Origin: Rhodobacter capsulatus SB 1003
GTDB lineage: Bacteria; Pseudomonadota; Alphaproteobacteria; Rhodobacterales; Rhodobacteraceae
Reading direction: 5' to 3'
Assembly: GCF_000021865.1 (NCBI RefSeq)
Contig: NC_014034.1
Location: forward strand, 2,880,001-2,912,000
Length of the DNA stretch: 32,000 bases
The stretch's first letter is position 1, and each line of letters opens with the position of its first letter. The notes under the pieces are model-generated. The model ran no database searches, was not told the origin of the DNA, and worked only from the letters and a program-made list of their open reading frames with translations. A program made the position numbers and the translations under genes. Below are positions 1-9,638 of this stretch, one piece after another.

Positions 1-513
1 CCGCCCGTAATGATCCGTGCCGGGCTTCGCCACGATCCGCTCGGCCACCTCTTTTTGAAACATCAAGGTCAGGCTTTGCCAGAACGGCGGCCAGACCGCG
101 GGGGTCAGCCAGCGGATCAGAAGCTCTGTCCCGACGTTATAGGGCAGGTTCGCCGCGATCCGAATGGGCGGGGTCAGATGCGCCAGAACGTCGACCGCCA
201 AAGCATCGCCGTTGATCACTTCAAGCCGCCCGGGGTAATGCGCCGCGATCTCGGCCAGCGCGGGCAGACAGCGGCTGTCCTTCTCCACCGCCAGCACGCG
301 CCGCGCGCCCTCGGCCAGAAGCCCGCGCGTCAGCCCGCCCGGCCCCGGCCCGACTTCGAGCACGTCACAGCCGGTCAGATCCCCCGCCGCCCGCGCGATC
401 TTCGCGGTCAGATTCAGATCGAGCAGAAAATTCTGCCCCAAAGCCTTCTTCGCCACCAGCTCATGGGTCGCGATCACCTCGCGCAAGGGCGGCAGCCCGT
501 CAATCGCAGCCAA
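1..513 (-). CDS. rsmA: 16S rRNA (adenine1518/1519-N6)-dimethyltransferase RsmA/KsgA, partial (C-terminus outside window)
   Basis: My translation of the minus strand gives [44 protein letters not shown]...[15 protein letters not shown]...[16 protein letters not shown]. This contains the KsgA GQNFL, SAM-binding VGPGxGxLT and NLPYN motifs. Probable TTG start at 513-511 with an in-frame TGA just upstream. It lies downstream of pdxA, as in the conserved lptD-surA-pdxA-rsmA operon. This ORF is not in the supplied track. Confidence 0.85.
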   Translation of the reverse strand, partial: MAAIDGLPPLREVIATHELVAKKALGQNFLLDLNLTAKIARAAGDLTGCDVLEVGPGPGGLTRGLLAEGARRVLAVEKDSRCLPALAEIAAHYPGRLEVINGDALAVDVLAHLTPPIRIAANLPYNVGTELLIRWLTPAVWPPFWQSLTLMFQKEVAERIVAKPGTDHYGR

Positions 514-531
514 AGCCCGTCCCCTTCCTTT

Positions 532-1584
532 TCATCTTGCTTCAAATATCCCGGGGGTCCGGGGGCAGAGCCCCCGGCGGCCCGCCGCCCCCATCTTCGC
601 CGCCATCGTCAAGGCCGCGATCAGACTGTGCGGGCTGGCCTTGCCGGTGCCCGCAATGTCATAGGCCGTGCCATGATCGGGCGAGGTCCGCACGAAGGGC
701 AGCCCCAGCGTCACATTCACGCCGCCGTCGAAATCCAGCGTCTTGATCGGAATGAGCGCCTGATCGTGATAGGCGCAGATCGCCGCGTCATAGCGCGCCC
801 GCGCCGCGGGGTGAAACATCGTGTCGGGCGGCAGGGGCCCGGTCACCGCCAGCCCCTCGGCGCGCAGACCCGCCACCACATCGGCGATCCAGTCGATTTC
901 TTCCTGCCCCATCGCCCCGCCCTCGCCCGCATGCGGGTTCAGCCCCGCCACCGCAAGGCGCGGATTTTCAAGGCCGAAATCGCGCCGCAGCCCCTCGGCG
1001 GTCAGCCGCACCACCTCGCGCAGAAGCGCGGGCGTATAGGTGTCGAAGACCTCGCGCAGGGCGATGTGGATCGTCGCGGGCACGACGCGGCAGGGCGGAT
1101 CGACCCGGTCGGAGGCCAGCATCATCACCACCCGCGCGCCGCCCGCCAGATGCGCCAGATATTCGGTATGGCCCGGAAAGGCGAAGCCCGCCCCGTCCTT
1201 CAGCGCCTTCTTGTTGATCGGCGCCGTGGTCAGCGCCAGCCCCGCGCCGCGGGTGACCAGATCGACGCCGCGCGCGATCACGTCGATCACCGCTTGCGCA
1301 TTGGCCGGATCGGGTTGCCCCGGCACCGCCGCCGCGGGGAACGGATGCGGCAACACGCAGAGCGCCGCCCCGGCATGGGTCATCGCCTGATCGGGCGTGT
1401 CGATTTCGCGCACCGCCGCGCCGCGCGGCAGATGCGCCGGATCGCCCAGCCAGACAAAGGGCAGCCGCGCCCCCAGCGCCTGGCTCGCCCGCACCGCCAG
1501 TTCCGGCCCGACCCCGGACGGATCGCCGCAGGTCAGGATCACCGGCCGGTCGCCCCCCGCCGCCTCGGTTGCGCGCAGGCTCAT
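532..1584 (-). CDS. pdxA: 4-hydroxythreonine-4-phosphate dehydrogenase PdxA
   Basis: ORF 532..1734 trimmed to the ATG at 1584 (MSLRATEAAGGDRPVILTCGDPSGVGPELAV...). PdxA-like motifs are present: GDPSGVGPE, FPGHTEYLA, NPHAGEGG and RTSPDHGTAYDIAG. The start overlaps the surA stop as ATGA. Confidence 0.9.
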   Translation of the reverse strand: MSLRATEAAGGDRPVILTCGDPSGVGPELAVRASQALGARLPFVWLGDPAHLPRGAAVREIDTPDQAMTHAGAALCVLPHPFPAAAVPGQPDPANAQAVIDVIARGVDLVTRGAGLALTTAPINKKALKDGAGFAFPGHTEYLAHLAGGARVVMMLASDRVDPPCRVVPATIHIALREVFDTYTPALLREVVRLTAEGLRRDFGLENPRLAVAGLNPHAGEGGAMGQEEIDWIADVVAGLRAEGLAVTGPLPPDTMFHPAARARYDAAICAYHDQALIPIKTLDFDGGVNVTLGLPFVRTSPDHGTAYDIAGTGKASPHSLIAALTMAAKMGAAGRRGLCPRTPGIFEAR

Positions 1585-2849
1585 TTCCGCACGATCACCG
1601 CTTCGGCGCGCAGCTGCGCCAGCAGCCGGTCGGCCAGGGCGCCCACGCGGGCATTCAGCAGCTGATCCCGCGTCCCCTCGCGCGAGGGGCCGGTCTCGCC
1701 CACCGCCGCGTTGATCGCCCGGCCGCGGTCGCACAGCATCACCAGCACGTCATTGCCGCCGCGGGTCAGGACCGTCATCTCGCCGATGTCCATCCGCGGC
1801 AGGACCCGCGCGATATCGGCCGGGATCTGCCCGGCCCGCGCCGCCTCGACCCGCTCCAGCCGCTCGGGCGGCAGCTGCGCCGCCACCGAATAAAGATCGT
1901 CGCAGCGCTGCGCATCGGCCTCGGCCTTGGCACGCCAGCCCGCCGCCTCGGGCGAGCCCGAGGCGCCCAGAAGCAGCGTCGCATAGCCCTGGGCCACGGT
2001 CTGCGGCGTCAGCGGCGCGCCCTCGTCCAGACCGCGCAGGAAGAAGACCGACACCGAATTCGGCGTCTCGACCGGCGCCGAGGCGCGGCCGGGCCGCAGC
2101 CCCAGCACGGTTTCGCGCACTTCGGGCGGCAGCGCGGTGACCGGCATCCAGTCCAGCCGCCCGCCCTGCCCCGCGCTTTTCGCCGAGGACAGCTCTTTTG
2201 CCAGCGCGGCAAATTCCGCCTCGGTCTTCGCCGCGGCGGCCTTGCGCGCCTTGGCCATGGTCTCGGCATCGCGGCCGGGGAAATTGCGGATCACGATTTC
2301 CGAGATCAGCACCTTCGGCGGCTCGGGCTCGGCGCCCTTCGGCGCCTCATGGGCCAGCGCCCGGTCGATCTCGGCATCGGAAATCTGGATCCGGCCGCCG
2401 CCATAGGTCGTCTTGACCACCTCGCGCCAGATCACCCCGGAGGTGACGAAATCGCGATAGGTCTGCGCCTCGACCCCGGCCCCGGCCAGCGCCTTGAGGA
2501 AATCTTCGGCGCTCAGATTGGCGCGGGCGGCGAATTCCGCCATGCCGCGGGTCACCGCCTCGCGCGACACCGAAATGCCAAGGCTCTGCGCCTTCCAGCC
2601 CTGCAGCCGGTCGTCGATCAGCGCCTCTTCGGCCATCTTGCGCACGTCGCCCGTGGCGCCGAGCAGTTCCATGAACCGGGCGCGCTGCGCGATTTCATAG
2701 CCGCTGATCGCCAGGCCGTTGACGGTGATCGCCGGGGCGAAATCGCCCGTCGCCTGCGCCTGCAGCGGCGCGGCGGTGCCCAGCGCCAGCCCGGCCGTCA
2801 GAACCCATCCGAGAAGCGAGGGAAAATGCCGCATCATTCGTTCCGTCAT
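1581..2849 (-). CDS. surA: SurA-like periplasmic chaperone / peptidyl-prolyl isomerase family protein
   Basis: 422-aa ORF with an N-terminal signal-like segment (MMRHFPSLLGWVLTAGLALGTAAPLQAQ). It sits between lptD and pdxA, as in the canonical operon. The start could instead be the ATG pair at 2837/2834. Confidence 0.75.
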   Translation of the reverse strand: MTERMMRHFPSLLGWVLTAGLALGTAAPLQAQATGDFAPAITVNGLAISGYEIAQRARFMELLGATGDVRKMAEEALIDDRLQGWKAQSLGISVSREAVTRGMAEFAARANLSAEDFLKALAGAGVEAQTYRDFVTSGVIWREVVKTTYGGGRIQISDAEIDRALAHEAPKGAEPEPPKVLISEIVIRNFPGRDAETMAKARKAAAAKTEAEFAALAKELSSAKSAGQGGRLDWMPVTALPPEVRETVLGLRPGRASAPVETPNSVSVFFLRGLDEGAPLTPQTVAQGYATLLLGASGSPEAAGWRAKAEADAQRCDDLYSVAAQLPPERLERVEAARAGQIPADIARVLPRMDIGEMTVLTRGGNDVLVMLCDRGRAINAAVGETGPSREGTRDQLLNARVGALADRLLAQLRAEAVIVRK

Positions 2850-2905
2850 CCGTTCGTCGTTTCTTCGTCGTTTCCTTGCGCGGCCGTGCGCCTGCGGGCC
2901 CGGTC

Positions 2906-5116
2906 TCAGCGCCGACAGACCCGCTCGGTCCGGTTGCCCCCCGATCCGGCGCCAAAGCCCGCAAGCGAGATCGACAGGCCGAAGTCGGTTTCGGGCTCCA
3001 CACTAGTGGAGGACGTGAACCGGCGCGAGAGGGAAAGATCGACGGTGACGCATTCGTTTGAATATTGCAGGCCCAGCGACGCCTTGGCGGCGCGGTCGGC
3101 GACAAGGTCGTAACGGGTGTCGAAACCGGTGGACCAGCCCCGGCGTAGCTGCCAGTCGGATTCGAACAAAAGCTCGGATGTTTTCGGCGTCGCCTCGGTT
3201 TCCAGCATCCACAGATAGCCCGCCGCCACCTGCGCCCGCTCTCCCAGATAGGCCAGCCGCAATTCGTCGCGGTCAAAGTCCAGATCGTCATCGACCAGCG
3301 CCCGGTTCGACAGCACGAGCCCGCCCGCCGTGCTCAGATGCGTGGCGATCAGCCAGTCGGACCGGCTGCCCGAAAGCCCGGAGCCCTGCGCGAAATCATC
3401 CAGATCATCCAGCCGGATCACCCGCCCCGCCGTCAGCCCCAAGGACCAGCCCGAGGCATCATGCCGCGTCCAGCTGAGCCCGAGATTGGCCCGCGTGCCG
3501 CGTTCGCGCCGGTCGCCGCCCGGATAGCGGGAAAAGTCGAACAGGTTGCCCTCGTCGAATTCGGTCAGCAGGCTGTCCTCGTCGGGCAATTCCTTCAGGC
3601 TCTTGCCGCTCCAGATGATCTGCGCGACCGGCTCGATCACCTGCGCCGCGCGGCCTTCGCTTTTCACCCAGGGCCAGCGCAGCTCGACGCCGAGCGAGGG
3701 CAGCGCGCGCAGGCTTTCGCCGGAAAAATCCCGGTCCTGACGCACCGCCGTCGCGTCGATCGCCAGCTCGCCTTCCAGCGCCGCCAGCACGCCGCCGCCC
3801 AGAAGCCAGTTCCGCCGCCAGTCCGCCACGCCCGAAAGCCGCGTCACGTCGCGCCCGTCGGCGGCGTCACCGGCATCGGCCCCGTCCGTCGCCAGATCCG
3901 AGGCCCGCCAATGCGCATGCAGGCTGCCCTCGAAGCTGAGTTCGCCACCGATCAGCCCGGGCCGCCAGACCCGCGTCCAGGCCGCATCGGCCGAGCGCAT
4001 CGGCTCGGTCTCGTTGCTTTCGCCCTCGCGCAGGGAATGGGTCTTGCCGATCTTAGCCTGCACCATTTCCGTGGCGCGCACCCGCCCCAGCGTCACCCCC
4101 GACCACAGCCGGTCATCCTCGGTCACGTCGTAATTGAGCAGATAGGACGGGTCCGAGACCATCCGCAGCTGCAACCCGAGCGTGTAATCAGCGGGCAGCG
4201 CAAAGGTGCCGGTGCCAAAGAGATAGCCGCGGGTCCTGCCCTCGCGGATGGAATCGCGGCTCGCGGCGCCCTCGATCTCGAAACTGCCGCTGCGCAGCGC
4301 CTGACGGTAGCGCAGCCCCAGCGTGCGGGTGTAATTCGCCGACAGATAAGGCGTCACCGTCAGATCGGCCGAGGGGCCGAAGGTCAGGAAATAGGGCACC
4401 TTGAGCCCCGGCCCCAGCAGCGAGGTGGTGCGCAACGTCGGGCGCAGCACGCCCGACATCCGTTCCACCGTCGGATCGGGCATGCGCAGCCGCGGCAGCC
4501 AGATCAGCGGCACGCCCATGGCGCGGAACTGCGCGCTTTCAAACAGAAGCTGGCGGGTTTCGGTGTCATGGGTGATGGTGCGGGCGCGGATTTCCCAAAG
4601 CGGTTCGGGATCGGTCAGACAGACCTTGCAGGAGGAGGCGACGACCTCGCGCAGCACGGTGCGGGTGCCGCCCTGCCGCTCCATCCGGTTCGCCGCCAGC
4701 TGCAATTCGCGCGACAGCACCATCCGCGCGCCGCTCAGCACGCCGTTTTGCAGATCGCGGCTCAACTCGGCGGTATCGGCCAGAACGACCGAGCCGGTCG
4801 CCCCCGGCTGCACCAGCCGGATCGGCCCCTCGATCGCCAGCCGGTCGCTGGCCTTGTCATAGGTGATGCGCTCGGCGGTCAGCCGGTGCTCGTGCCAATA
4901 GACCTTGACATGGCCCGAGGCGATCAGCCGGTCGGTGCCGGTGACCTCGATCCGGTCGGCGAGCAGCGTCGCGGCATCGGAATAAAGCGGCGCCGCCAGC
5001 GCGGGGGCGGGGGCAGCCGGGGTCTGCGGCCAGGCCGGGACGGCAAGCGTCAGCGCCAGAGCCGAGCCCAGAGCCGTACCCAGCGTCCAGTTCCGCAAGC
5101 GGCGGTTGCGCATCAT
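2906..5116 (-). CDS. lptD: LPS-assembly outer-membrane protein LptD (OstA)
   Basis: ORF 2906..5764 trimmed to ATGATG at 5116 (MMRNRRLRNWTLGTALGSALALTLAVPAWPQ, a signal peptide). It has an OstA-like N-terminal segment (DRIEVTGTDRLIASGHVKVYWHEHRLTAERITYDK) followed by a long beta-barrel-like region. The region upstream of 5116 in this ORF is Arg/Gly-rich and overlaps lptG. Confidence 0.9.
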   Translation of the reverse strand: MMRNRRLRNWTLGTALGSALALTLAVPAWPQTPAAPAPALAAPLYSDAATLLADRIEVTGTDRLIASGHVKVYWHEHRLTAERITYDKASDRLAIEGPIRLVQPGATGSVVLADTAELSRDLQNGVLSGARMVLSRELQLAANRMERQGGTRTVLREVVASSCKVCLTDPEPLWEIRARTITHDTETRQLLFESAQFRAMGVPLIWLPRLRMPDPTVERMSGVLRPTLRTTSLLGPGLKVPYFLTFGPSADLTVTPYLSANYTRTLGLRYRQALRSGSFEIEGAASRDSIREGRTRGYLFGTGTFALPADYTLGLQLRMVSDPSYLLNYDVTEDDRLWSGVTLGRVRATEMVQAKIGKTHSLREGESNETEPMRSADAAWTRVWRPGLIGGELSFEGSLHAHWRASDLATDGADAGDAADGRDVTRLSGVADWRRNWLLGGGVLAALEGELAIDATAVRQDRDFSGESLRALPSLGVELRWPWVKSEGRAAQVIEPVAQIIWSGKSLKELPDEDSLLTEFDEGNLFDFSRYPGGDRRERGTRANLGLSWTRHDASGWSLGLTAGRVIRLDDLDDFAQGSGLSGSRSDWLIATHLSTAGGLVLSNRALVDDDLDFDRDELRLAYLGERAQVAAGYLWMLETEATPKTSELLFESDWQLRRGWSTGFDTRYDLVADRAAKASLGLQYSNECVTVDLSLSRRFTSSTSVEPETDFGLSISLAGFGAGSGGNRTERVCRR

Positions 5117-6213
5117 CCCTCCTCCTGCTGCAGAACCAGCGTCAGCGCCAGCATCAGGGCGATGGCCGGCGGCGCCCAGGCCGCCAGCGCGGCGGGGATC
5201 TGCCCGTTGTCTCCCAGAACCTGTGCGACATTGCGCAGGAAGAATAGCGCAAGTCCGGCCAGAAGCGCCAGCATCACCCGCCCGCCGGTGCCGCCGAACC
5301 GCGCCGGACGCATGGTGAAACCCGCCGCCACCAGCACCATCGCGGCCAGCATCAGCGGCTGCGCCAGTTCCACCTGCAGCCAGACGATGTGACGGCGCGC
5401 GGAAAAGCCCGCCGCCTCCAGCGCGCGGATGAAGCCCGGCAATTCCCAGATCGGCATCGCCGAGGGGGCGCCGAAACTGTCGGCGATGCTTTCGGCGGTC
5501 AGCGTCGAGGGCAGCGAGATCGTCTGTGCCCGCGTCGCGTCGCGTTCGGGGTTGGTCGAGCGGCCCAGCGGCCAGTCCTTCGCCTCTGACAGCACCCAGG
5601 CGCCGGGCGTCAGCCAGGCCGAGGCGGCATCGATCCGGCGCACCGGCCCGGCCTTGGCGTCGAACAGAAGGAAGGTCACCTGGTAAAGCGCCGTCGCATC
5701 GGCATTGCCGCGCATCGCATGGATCACCGCCTGCCCGCCATCGGCCGTGCCCTGCCGCATCCACAGCCCCTCGCGGCCGATCGAGACGGTCTGCCGCCCC
5801 TCGGCGCGCAGCTGGCCCTCGATCTCCTCGGCGCGCTTGCTGGTGGCGGAAACGATCGGATTGCCGACCGCGACCAGCAGGACGCCGATCAGCAGCGCCA
5901 CCGTCACCGGCGCCAGCAGCATCCGCAAGGCCGAGCGCCCGGCGGCGCGGATCACCACCAGTTCCGACGACCGCGCAAGGCCCAGAAAGGCGACCACGCC
6001 CGACAGCATCACGACCAGCGGAAAGATCGTGTAAAGCGTCGAGGGCACCGACAGCGCCGCCAGATGCGCCGCATCCGAAAGCGCGCCGCGGGCGGGGTCA
6101 AGACGGCGGATCTGCTCGACCATCTCGATCAGGAACAAGACCCCCCAGAACGCCCCGGCGACGATCAGGAAGGCCTGCCCGAAGCGGCGCGCGATATAAA
6201 GCGACAGCGTCAT
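5113..6213 (-). CDS. lptG: LPS export ABC transporter permease LptG
   Basis: ORF 5113..6606 trimmed to the ATG at 6213 (MTLSLYIARRFGQAFLIVAGAFWGVLFLIEMVEQIRR...), a typical LptG N-terminus with multiple TM segments. The stop TGA overlaps the lptD start and the start overlaps the lptF stop (ATGA). Confidence 0.88.
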   Translation of the reverse strand: MTLSLYIARRFGQAFLIVAGAFWGVLFLIEMVEQIRRLDPARGALSDAAHLAALSVPSTLYTIFPLVVMLSGVVAFLGLARSSELVVIRAAGRSALRMLLAPVTVALLIGVLLVAVGNPIVSATSKRAEEIEGQLRAEGRQTVSIGREGLWMRQGTADGGQAVIHAMRGNADATALYQVTFLLFDAKAGPVRRIDAASAWLTPGAWVLSEAKDWPLGRSTNPERDATRAQTISLPSTLTAESIADSFGAPSAMPIWELPGFIRALEAAGFSARRHIVWLQVELAQPLMLAAMVLVAAGFTMRPARFGGTGGRVMLALLAGLALFFLRNVAQVLGDNGQIPAALAAWAPPAIALMLALTLVLQQEEG

Positions 6214-7340
6214 GCCCGGTCCTCCGCCGCCGTCAGGGGCGGTGCCTTGCGCCGCCGCCCGGCCCAGGACAGCGCCAGCGCCACCCCCGCAAGCCCGGCC
6301 AGCGCGGGCATGTAATGCAGCGCCCACAGCGCCGGATCGGCGCGGGTCATCGAGGTGGCGACATTCGACAGCGACTGCAGCCCGATCAGCGCCAGCACCG
6401 CCAGCCCGATCTGCCGCCACAGCCCCAGCCGCGAAAACCCGCCCAGCATCATCGCCGCCGCCGCGATCAGCGCCGCCACCGGCGCCATCAGGGGCTGCGC
6501 CAGCCGGTCGTTCAGCTCCAGATGCGCCGCCGCCACCGTCGATCCGGTCGCGGCCAGCAGCTCCGGCCCCGGCGCGATCAGATCGCGGCTGGGCACTTCC
6601 TCCCAATCGATGCGCCCGCGCAGGCCGGTGCCGATCGCACCGCCCAGATCATAGGTGAAATCGGAAAACCGCGTCAGCGCCAGCGACCCATCCGAGGGCC
6701 GCAGCGTCTGCGCCGTGCCGTCGAACATCACCAGCTTCGGCCCGGCCTCCGAGGGCACGATCAGCGCCTTTTCCGCGGTATAGATCGTCTCGGCTCTCTG
6801 GCCGCGGGCATCATAAAGAAAGATGTCCAGAAGCTCGCCCAGATCGGAAATCTCGCGGATATAGACGGTGATGCCCGCGGTGGGGGTCTGGAAGCTGCCC
6901 TCGGTCAGAAAGCGCGCGGTGACATCTTGCGACACCTGCGCCTGCCGCTCGGCCAGCCTTGCGCGCGAGGCGGGGACCAGCTCATGCACGAGGGCGAGCA
7001 TCAGCGCCGCGACGATCAGCCCGAAAACGGCGACCGGCCGCGCCAGCCGCCACGGGCTTGCCCCCGCCGATTGCATCACCACCAGTTCGGATTCGCCCGA
7101 AAGCCGGTTGATCGCGTAAAGCACGGCGGCAAAGGCCGCCACCGGCAGCACCAGCGAAATCACCTTGGGCAGGGTCAGCGCGGTGAATTCCAGCACCACC
7201 CAGGCGGTCTGGCCGTCACCGATCAGCTTGTCGAACAGCAGCACCGCCCGGTTCACCCAATAGACCGAGACCAGCACCAGCGCGAAAAATCCGAAAATCG
7301 CCATCAGCTGGGACAGGAGATATCGGTCCAGGCGTTTCAA
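6210..7340 (-). CDS. lptF: LPS export ABC transporter permease LptF
   Basis: 376-aa ORF beginning MKRLDRYLLSQLMAIFGFFALVLVSVYWVNRAV, a typical LptF/YjgP N-terminus. It is followed by lptG and is divergent from pepA-holC, as in E. coli. Confidence 0.88.
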   Translation of the reverse strand: MKRLDRYLLSQLMAIFGFFALVLVSVYWVNRAVLLFDKLIGDGQTAWVVLEFTALTLPKVISLVLPVAAFAAVLYAINRLSGESELVVMQSAGASPWRLARPVAVFGLIVAALMLALVHELVPASRARLAERQAQVSQDVTARFLTEGSFQTPTAGITVYIREISDLGELLDIFLYDARGQRAETIYTAEKALIVPSEAGPKLVMFDGTAQTLRPSDGSLALTRFSDFTYDLGGAIGTGLRGRIDWEEVPSRDLIAPGPELLAATGSTVAAAHLELNDRLAQPLMAPVAALIAAAAMMLGGFSRLGLWRQIGLAVLALIGLQSLSNVATSMTRADPALWALHYMPALAGLAGVALALSWAGRRRKAPPLTAAEDRA

Positions 7341-7505
7341 GGTCGGATCTCTCCCGCGGGGTTTGCCCTTCTCTAGCGCGGGATCACAGCCGGGAAAAGC
7401 CCGAAGACCCGGGGTCGCGCAGCTTCCCGCCCATCATCGCGCGGCTATACAATCGCAGTGGCGCCGCATAGGCTTGCGCCGAACCAACCAGCCGCAGGGA
7501 CTGCC

Positions 7506-8972
7506 ATGATCCACCCCGTCGCCCTTCGTTTCACCGCCTCCGACGCCGAGGCCCTTGCCCCCCGCGAAGGCCGTCTGGCGCTGATCGTGCCGCCCGAGGG
7601 CAAGCTGGGCCAGTTGGGGCGCAAGCTTGACCGGCTGACGCGGGGCGCGGTGACGCGGGCGCTGGCCTCCGAGGGCTGGGGCAAGCTGGCGGCGGGTGAT
7701 TCGCTCGATCTCGGCTTTCCGGGCGGGCTGGCCTGCGAGACGCTGGCGCTGGTCAAGCTGGACCGCCGCGCCAGCGTGGCCGAGGCCCGCAAGGCAGGCG
7801 CAACCGTCGCCAAGGGGCTGGGGGAAAAAGGCGCGCTGGTGATCGCCGAGGCGCATCCGCGGGCGGCCGACATTTCCTTTGGCCTCGCGCTGCGGGCCTA
7901 TCGGTTCGACTACCTGAGCGAGCCGAAAAAGCCCTTCGGCCCGGTCGAGATGATGGTCTCCGCGCCTGAAACCGTCGCCGCCGAGGCCGCGCCGCATGCC
8001 GCGCTGGCCGAAGGCGTGTTTTTCACCCGCGATCTGGTGAACGAACCGGCAAACATCCTGACCACCGACGATTTCGCCGCCCGGCTGGCGGCGATGCATG
8101 AACTGGGCCTCGAGGTCGAGATCCTGGACGAGGACGAGCTGGAAAAACTCGGCTTCCGCGCGCTGCTGGCGGTGGGGCAAGGCTCGGAAAGCCCGTCGAA
8201 GGTCGTGGTGATGCGCTGGCAGGGCGGCGAGCCCGATGCCGCGCCCTTGGCGCTGGTCGGCAAGGGGGTCTGCTTCGACAGCGGCGGGATTTCGATCAAG
8301 CCCGCGGCGGGCATGGAAGAAATGACTATGGACATGGGCGGCGCGGCCGTGGTGGCGGGCGTCATGCGCACGCTCGCCCTGCGCAAGGCGCGCGCCAATG
8401 TCGTGGGTCTGGTCGGTCTCGTGGAAAACATGCCCGACGGGCGGGCGCAGCGTCCGGGCGATATCGTCAAAAGCCTGAAAGGCGACACGATCGAGGTGGT
8501 CAACACCGATGCCGAGGGGCGGATGGTTCTGGCCGATGTGCTGTGGTATGCGCAGGAGCGCTTCGCCCCCGCCGCGGTGATCGATCTGGCGACGCTGACG
8601 GGCGCGATCATCGTGGCGCTTGGCCATGATCATGCGGGCATTTTCAGCAATGACGACAAGCTTTCGGGCGATCTTCTGAGCGCCGCGAAATCCGAGGGCG
8701 AAGGTGCCTGGCCGATGCCGCTCACCCCCGGCTATGATCCGCTGATCAAGTCGCGGCTGGCCGATATCAAGAACTCCGGCGGGCGCTGGGGCGGCGCGAT
8801 CACCGCGGCGGCGTTTCTGAAGCGCTTCATCAAGCCCGATGTGCCCTGGTGCCATATCGACATCGCGGGCGTCGCCCTGCCGCCGGGCGAAAGTGCGCTG
8901 GCGCCCAAGGGCGCGACCGGCTGGGGGGTGATGACGCTTGACCGGCTGATCCGCACCCGGTTCGAGGCCTGA
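7506..8972 (+). CDS. pepA: Leucyl aminopeptidase (M17 family) PepA
   Basis: ORF 7458..8972 trimmed to the ATG at 7506 (MIHPVALRF...), preceded by the SD-like AGGGA. It carries the M17 catalytic-domain motifs VGKGVCFDSGGISIKP and VNTDAEGRMVLAD. Followed by holC. Confidence 0.9.
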   Translation: MIHPVALRFTASDAEALAPREGRLALIVPPEGKLGQLGRKLDRLTRGAVTRALASEGWGKLAAGDSLDLGFPGGLACETLALVKLDRRASVAEARKAGATVAKGLGEKGALVIAEAHPRAADISFGLALRAYRFDYLSEPKKPFGPVEMMVSAPETVAAEAAPHAALAEGVFFTRDLVNEPANILTTDDFAARLAAMHELGLEVEILDEDELEKLGFRALLAVGQGSESPSKVVVMRWQGGEPDAAPLALVGKGVCFDSGGISIKPAAGMEEMTMDMGGAAVVAGVMRTLALRKARANVVGLVGLVENMPDGRAQRPGDIVKSLKGDTIEVVNTDAEGRMVLADVLWYAQERFAPAAVIDLATLTGAIIVALGHDHAGIFSNDDKLSGDLLSAAKSEGEGAWPMPLTPGYDPLIKSRLADIKNSGGRWGGAITAAAFLKRFIKPDVPWCHIDIAGVALPPGESALAPKGATGWGVMTLDRLIRTRFEA

Positions 8973-8975
8973 CCC

Positions 8976-9428
8976 ATGCCCGCGCTTTTCTATCACGTCA
9001 CCCAGTCGCCGGTCGAAGGGGTGGTCGAAACGCTGCTCACCCGCGCCCTGGCGCAGGGCTGGCGGGTGGAATTGCGCGGGGTGTCCCCCGAGCGGATGGA
9101 CTGGCTGGACCAGAAACTCTGGCTTGGCCCCGAGGAAGACTTTCTGCCGCACGGGCTGGCGGGCGGGCCGCATGATGCGCTGCAACCCGTGCTCTTGACC
9201 ACCTCCCCGCGCCCCGAGGGGCGGCAGGCGGTGATGACGCTCGACGGCGCCGAGGTCACCCCCGCCGAGGTGGCGGCGGCCGAACGGGTCTGGATCCTGT
9301 TCGACGGCCGCGACGAAACCGCCGTCGCCCGCGCCCGCGATCAGTGGAAGGCGCTGACCGGGGCGGGCACCGCGGCGCAATACTGGCGCGAGGAAAGCGG
9401 GCGCTGGCAGAAGAAGGCCGAAAAGTAG
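8976..9428 (+). CDS. holC: DNA polymerase III chi subunit
   Basis: 150-aa ORF beginning MPALFYHVTQSPVEGVVETLLTRALAQGWRV, with chi-subunit-like size and N-terminus. It starts 3 nt after the pepA stop, matching the conserved pepA-holC pairing. Confidence 0.8.
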   Translation: MPALFYHVTQSPVEGVVETLLTRALAQGWRVELRGVSPERMDWLDQKLWLGPEEDFLPHGLAGGPHDALQPVLLTTSPRPEGRQAVMTLDGAEVTPAEVAAAERVWILFDGRDETAVARARDQWKALTGAGTAAQYWREESGRWQKKAEK

Positions 9429-9466
9429 CGCCCCCTCGCGCCCCCCCCGCAAAACACAGTTTTCGC

Positions 9467-9494
9467 TTGCAGCTTTGGCGCGGGGCCTTATGGT
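9467..9494 (+). promoter_or_regulatory. Candidate sigma70-type promoter of the thi operon
   Basis: TTGCAG (9467-9472), a 16-nt spacer, then TATGGT (9489-9494). This places a transcription start just before the THI-box aptamer. Based on pattern match only. Confidence 0.4.
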
Positions 9495-9502
9495 CCGGTC
9501 TC

Positions 9503-9586
9503 ACCTCGGGGTGCTCTGTCAGGGGCTGAGATGCGTTTTCGCAAACCCGTTGAACCTGAACCGGTTAAGACCGGCGGAGGGAAGGT
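9503..9586 (+). promoter_or_regulatory. TPP (THI-box) riboswitch aptamer
   Basis: The sequence CUCGGGGUGCUCUGUCAGGGGCUGAGAUGCGUUUUCGCAAACCCGUUGAACCUGAACCGGUUAAGACCGGCGGAGGGAAGG contains the conserved THI-element blocks GGGGUGC, GCUGAGA, ACCC, UGAACCUGA and CGGAGGGA. They occur in the correct order, directly upstream of thiB. Confidence 0.9.
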
Positions 9587-9638
9587 ATCCGGGCACTCTC
9601 CCGGCCTGACCCCGCCCGTCACGCCATTGGAGAGAAAG

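Noticed and set aside
10-1665. 551-aa plus-strand ORF covering rsmA and pdxA
   Set aside because: Its composition is Arg/Pro/Gly/Gln-rich and low in complexity. It lies antisense to two genes with clear family motifs. This is a typical high-GC shadow ORF.
1569-7376. Plus-strand ORFs 1569..3113, 3338..5392 and 5526..7376 (514-684 aa)
   Set aside because: They are antisense to surA, lptD, lptG and lptF. They are extremely Arg/Gly/Pro-rich and carry no recognisable motifs, so they are GC-driven open frames.
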